From NCBI GenBank assembly GCA_913050245.1, contig CAJWZJ010000001.1, positions 118,617 through 182,616 on the forward strand: 64,000 nt of DNA, read 5' to 3'. Positions 59,814-64,000 of this stretch are shown here, piece after piece. Under the pieces are notes generated by a model, which was not told the DNA's origin, ran no database searches, and saw only the letters and a list, made by a program, of their open reading frames with translations. The first letter of the stretch is position 1. Each line of letters begins with the position of its first letter. Made by a program: the position numbers and the translations under genes. The stretch comes from an uncultured bacterium. GTDB taxonomy: Bacteria; Desulfobacterota_D; UBA1144.

Positions 59814-60520
59814 GAAATAATTTTTTTTAAATCTTTAATGCTTTTATGAATGCAGGTTATTATTGGAATATCCCGCTCAGTATAAGCCCTAGCCTTTTGT
59901 GATCTCATCTCTTCGACAAGATCAAGAAAATCCTCAGGATAATCAGTTTCAAATGATACCATTTGCTCTTGATCATCAATACCAAATGAATATGAGGTAT
60001 TAATACTGACTGATGGATACTTATGGCCAGTACCAATATGCTCGGTCATCATTATTTGCCTTTGTTTTTTTGAAAGCAAATACCAATCAACTTTCTTAAC
60101 AAAGGGATATACGATTAGATATTTTTTCTTTTTGGGATTTATTTTAATTCTTGTACCTTCTTGATCTATATTTTTATTCTTACTAACATACTGAGAATGC
60201 TTAGTCATAGACAAAAAAGAATAGATAGTATTTAAATAGGGTCCAATTCCAGAATTTAACATTTCTATTGTCATGTCCTCAAAAATTTCAAGAGAATCTG
60301 AAACCCTCCAAAGCATTAAATCACATTCGGCTCTTACTCCTAAAGTAGAATATAAATTAAGAGTTAGTTTTTTATCATATTTTGTCAAAATAGTAGTTAA
60401 TTTTTGAGCTATATTTTTTCTTTTCAGAGAGCTCAATTGATACCAATCATTGGTTAACTTGTAAAAAGCGTAATTAATATATTGGCGTCCACTAGGCTCC
60501 CTACTCATACTATAATTCAT
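59810..60520 (-). CDS. Chlorite dismutase / HemQ-family protein
   Basis: The family core YPFVKKVDWYLLSKKQRQIMMTEHIGTGHKY...SFGIDDQEQMVSFETDYPEDFLDLVEEMR is present. The track start is GTG; the ATG is one codon in. Confidence 0.7.
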   Translation of the reverse strand: MNYSMSREPSGRQYINYAFYKLTNDWYQLSSLKRKNIAQKLTTILTKYDKKLTLNLYSTLGVRAECDLMLWRVSDSLEIFEDMTIEMLNSGIGPYLNTIYSFLSMTKHSQYVSKNKNIDQEGTRIKINPKKKKYLIVYPFVKKVDWYLLSKKQRQIMMTEHIGTGHKYPSVSINTSYSFGIDDQEQMVSFETDYPEDFLDLVEEMRSQKARAYTERDIPIITCIHKSIKDLKKIIS

Positions 60521-61229
60521 CACCAGGATTAAGAATTGTTACGCTTGAGTCACTTTCATTCTCTACAATTTCTTTAAATTCAGCTGGGTCGCCAGTAAGA
60601 ACAGGGAAAGTTCCATAATGAATTGGAATATAGCTTTTTGCCTTGATTAGCTTTGTAGCATAGGCTGCTTCCTTAACACCCATAGTAAAATGGTCACCAA
60701 TTGGAATCATGCATAAATCAGGCTTATGAATATCAGAGATAAGAGACATATCACCAAAAATTGAAGTATCTCCCGCATGATAAATAACGTATTTATTTTT
60801 AAAATTAATAACTAATCCTGATGCTAAGCCACCATATACAAGATGCTCTGAATCTGGATCACTTATACCAGAGCCATGTACAGCATTTACCATAGAGACA
60901 TCAAATTCTTCGAATTTCTGAGTACCGCCATGAGACATTGGTGAAATATTTTTTCCACCTTTCTTCTCAATCCACATACCTATTTCAAAATTTGATATTA
61001 CTATAGCTTCAGGATTCTTTTTCATAAGATTTAAGGTATCGCCAACATGATCAAAATGCCCATGAGTTATCAATATATAATCGACACTTCCAATTGATTC
61101 AATTGTCTCCTGAGTTGATGGGTTATCCTCTAGCCATGGGTCTATAATTATTTTCTTATTTGAATCAGTTAAGATCAAAAAAGTAGAGTGGCCGATATAT
61201 TTAACTTTAACATTTATATCTAAAGACAT
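60510..61229 (-). CDS. MBL-fold metal-dependent hydrolase
   Basis: The motif ILITHGHFDHVGD is present. An AGGAGGC RBS lies upstream and the gene overlaps the Cld-like gene by about 11 nt. Confidence 0.75.
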   Translation of the reverse strand: MSLDINVKVKYIGHSTFLILTDSNKKIIIDPWLEDNPSTQETIESIGSVDYILITHGHFDHVGDTLNLMKKNPEAIVISNFEIGMWIEKKGGKNISPMSHGGTQKFEEFDVSMVNAVHGSGISDPDSEHLVYGGLASGLVINFKNKYVIYHAGDTSIFGDMSLISDIHKPDLCMIPIGDHFTMGVKEAAYATKLIKAKSYIPIHYGTFPVLTGDPAEFKEIVENESDSSVTILNPGDEL

Positions 61230-61247
61230 TGAAGCCTCCTAAAATAG

Positions 61248-62567
<1,320 letters not shown>

Positions 62568-62636
62568 TAGTTTTTTCATTGTTTTAATCATTTTTTTAGT
62601 TAGATTACTGTAATAAATCATCTTAGGGAGGTATTT

Positions 62637-62846
62637 ATGAGAACTTTAGATGTGATAGTAGCAGTATTACTTGTAGTAGGTGGATTAAACTGGGGCTTGG
62701 TAGGTCTATTTGATTTTGACCTAGTAGCAACACTTTTTGGAAGTATGCCAGCAGTCCAAAATGCTGTTTACGTATTGGTTGGATTATCAGCGGTTTATCA
62801 AATTATTGGACTAAAAGGAATACAGTCCAGATGGCATGTTAGTTAA
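62637..62846 (+). CDS. DUF378-family small membrane protein
   Basis: 69 aa with two TM helices. The motif VVGGLNWGLVGLF and a GGGAGG RBS are present. Confidence 0.7.
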   Translation: MRTLDVIVAVLLVVGGLNWGLVGLFDFDLVATLFGSMPAVQNAVYVLVGLSAVYQIIGLKGIQSRWHVS

Positions 62847-63401
62847 TTAGATATTTATTATTTCTTTTTCTTTAACTTGCGTTTGCTCTGAAATTGAAGC
62901 AATAAATTTATCAGTCTGGTCTTGAATTTTCTTAAGACCAGACTTCTCTTCATCTTCATTAATTTCTTTATTTTTTAACATTTTTTTAACCTTATCGTTC
63001 AGATCTTTCCTTATATTTCTAACTGACACTTTAAAAGACTCGGATTGCTTATTTAAAAACTTAACCAACTCTGCTCTTCTTTCTTGAGTAAGTGGTGGAA
63101 CATTAATTATAATTGTTCCTTCATCATTGTTGGGATTGAAACCTAAGTCTGATTTTTGAATAGATTTAACAATTTCATCAGCTATAGATGCATCATAGGG
63201 TGTTAGCATGATAGTTGATGCCTCATTGGTATTTATGTTACAAAGCTGATTAAGAGGAGTTTGAGCTCCATAATAATCAACTTTAATATCATCAAATATT
63301 GATTTATTGACTGCGCCACCTCTTATCTTAGATATCTCTTTAACAAAAGAATCAAGTGCTTTTTGCATTTTTTCATTACATTCTTTAATAATTATATCCA
63401 T
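62847..63401 (-). CDS. frr: Ribosome recycling factor
   Basis: 184 aa with the RRF C-terminal helix motif VRNIRKDLNDKVKK. Confidence 0.9.
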   Translation of the reverse strand: MDIIIKECNEKMQKALDSFVKEISKIRGGAVNKSIFDDIKVDYYGAQTPLNQLCNINTNEASTIMLTPYDASIADEIVKSIQKSDLGFNPNNDEGTIIINVPPLTQERRAELVKFLNKQSESFKVSVRNIRKDLNDKVKKMLKNKEINEDEEKSGLKKIQDQTDKFIASISEQTQVKEKEIINI

Positions 63402-63405
63402 ATTA

Positions 63406-64000
<595 letters not shown>

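Overview
This is an AT-rich (about 28-30% GC by eye), very gene-dense bacterial chromosomal segment with roughly 80 genes in 64 kb and almost no intergenic DNA. Many adjacent genes overlap by 4-28 nt, and several genes appear to start at TTG or GTG (serS, the macB-like permease, nth, the GT4 gene). The six-frame track always takes the longest ATG/TTG/GTG ORF, so a few starts were trimmed (ugd, secG, the aminotransferase, dxr, the macB ATPase, the Cld-like gene). The content is mostly housekeeping: a Mla-type lipid ABC transporter (mlaE-mlaF-mlaD), alr, htpX, msrA, recG, ugd, nth, fdx, secG, tpiA, rpmB, def, an HU/IHF protein, lgt, a MoxR-VWA pair, crcB, msrB, trxA, hisS, tatA, gyrB, dcd, pheS, secDF-yajC-tgt-dapB, rsmG, cspA, a short RpoD-type sigma factor, pdxH, a TolC-MacA-MacB efflux set, uppS-dxr-rseP, serS, frr and pyrH. 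There are three tRNAs (Arg-CCT, Lys-TTT, Glu-TTC) and an untracked rpmJ. The rpmJ product is the zinc-less L36 form typical of Alphaproteobacteria, which together with the streamlining suggests a free-living, SAR11-like marine alphaproteobacterium; this is inference only. No CRISPR array, transposase or integrase was seen. The main hunt results are these. (1) An 8-kb locus (21.3-29.2 kb) holds seven divergent paralogs of one uncharacterized protein family on both strands; copies are translationally coupled to msrB and a membrane-anchored glutaredoxin and to a fumarase-family gene, and are interleaved with a YgjP/DUF45 metallohydrolase and small membrane proteins. (2) A 416-aa protein built of about 16 aromatic-Trp-Pro hairpin repeats heads the Mla operon; its frame stays open upstream into a signal-peptide-like segment with no ATG. 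(3) A MerR-family regulator with a cobalamin-binding-like C-terminal domain, in which the conserved axial His is replaced by Ala, is divergently paired with a short group-1/2 sigma factor; ATGTCR direct repeats lie between them.
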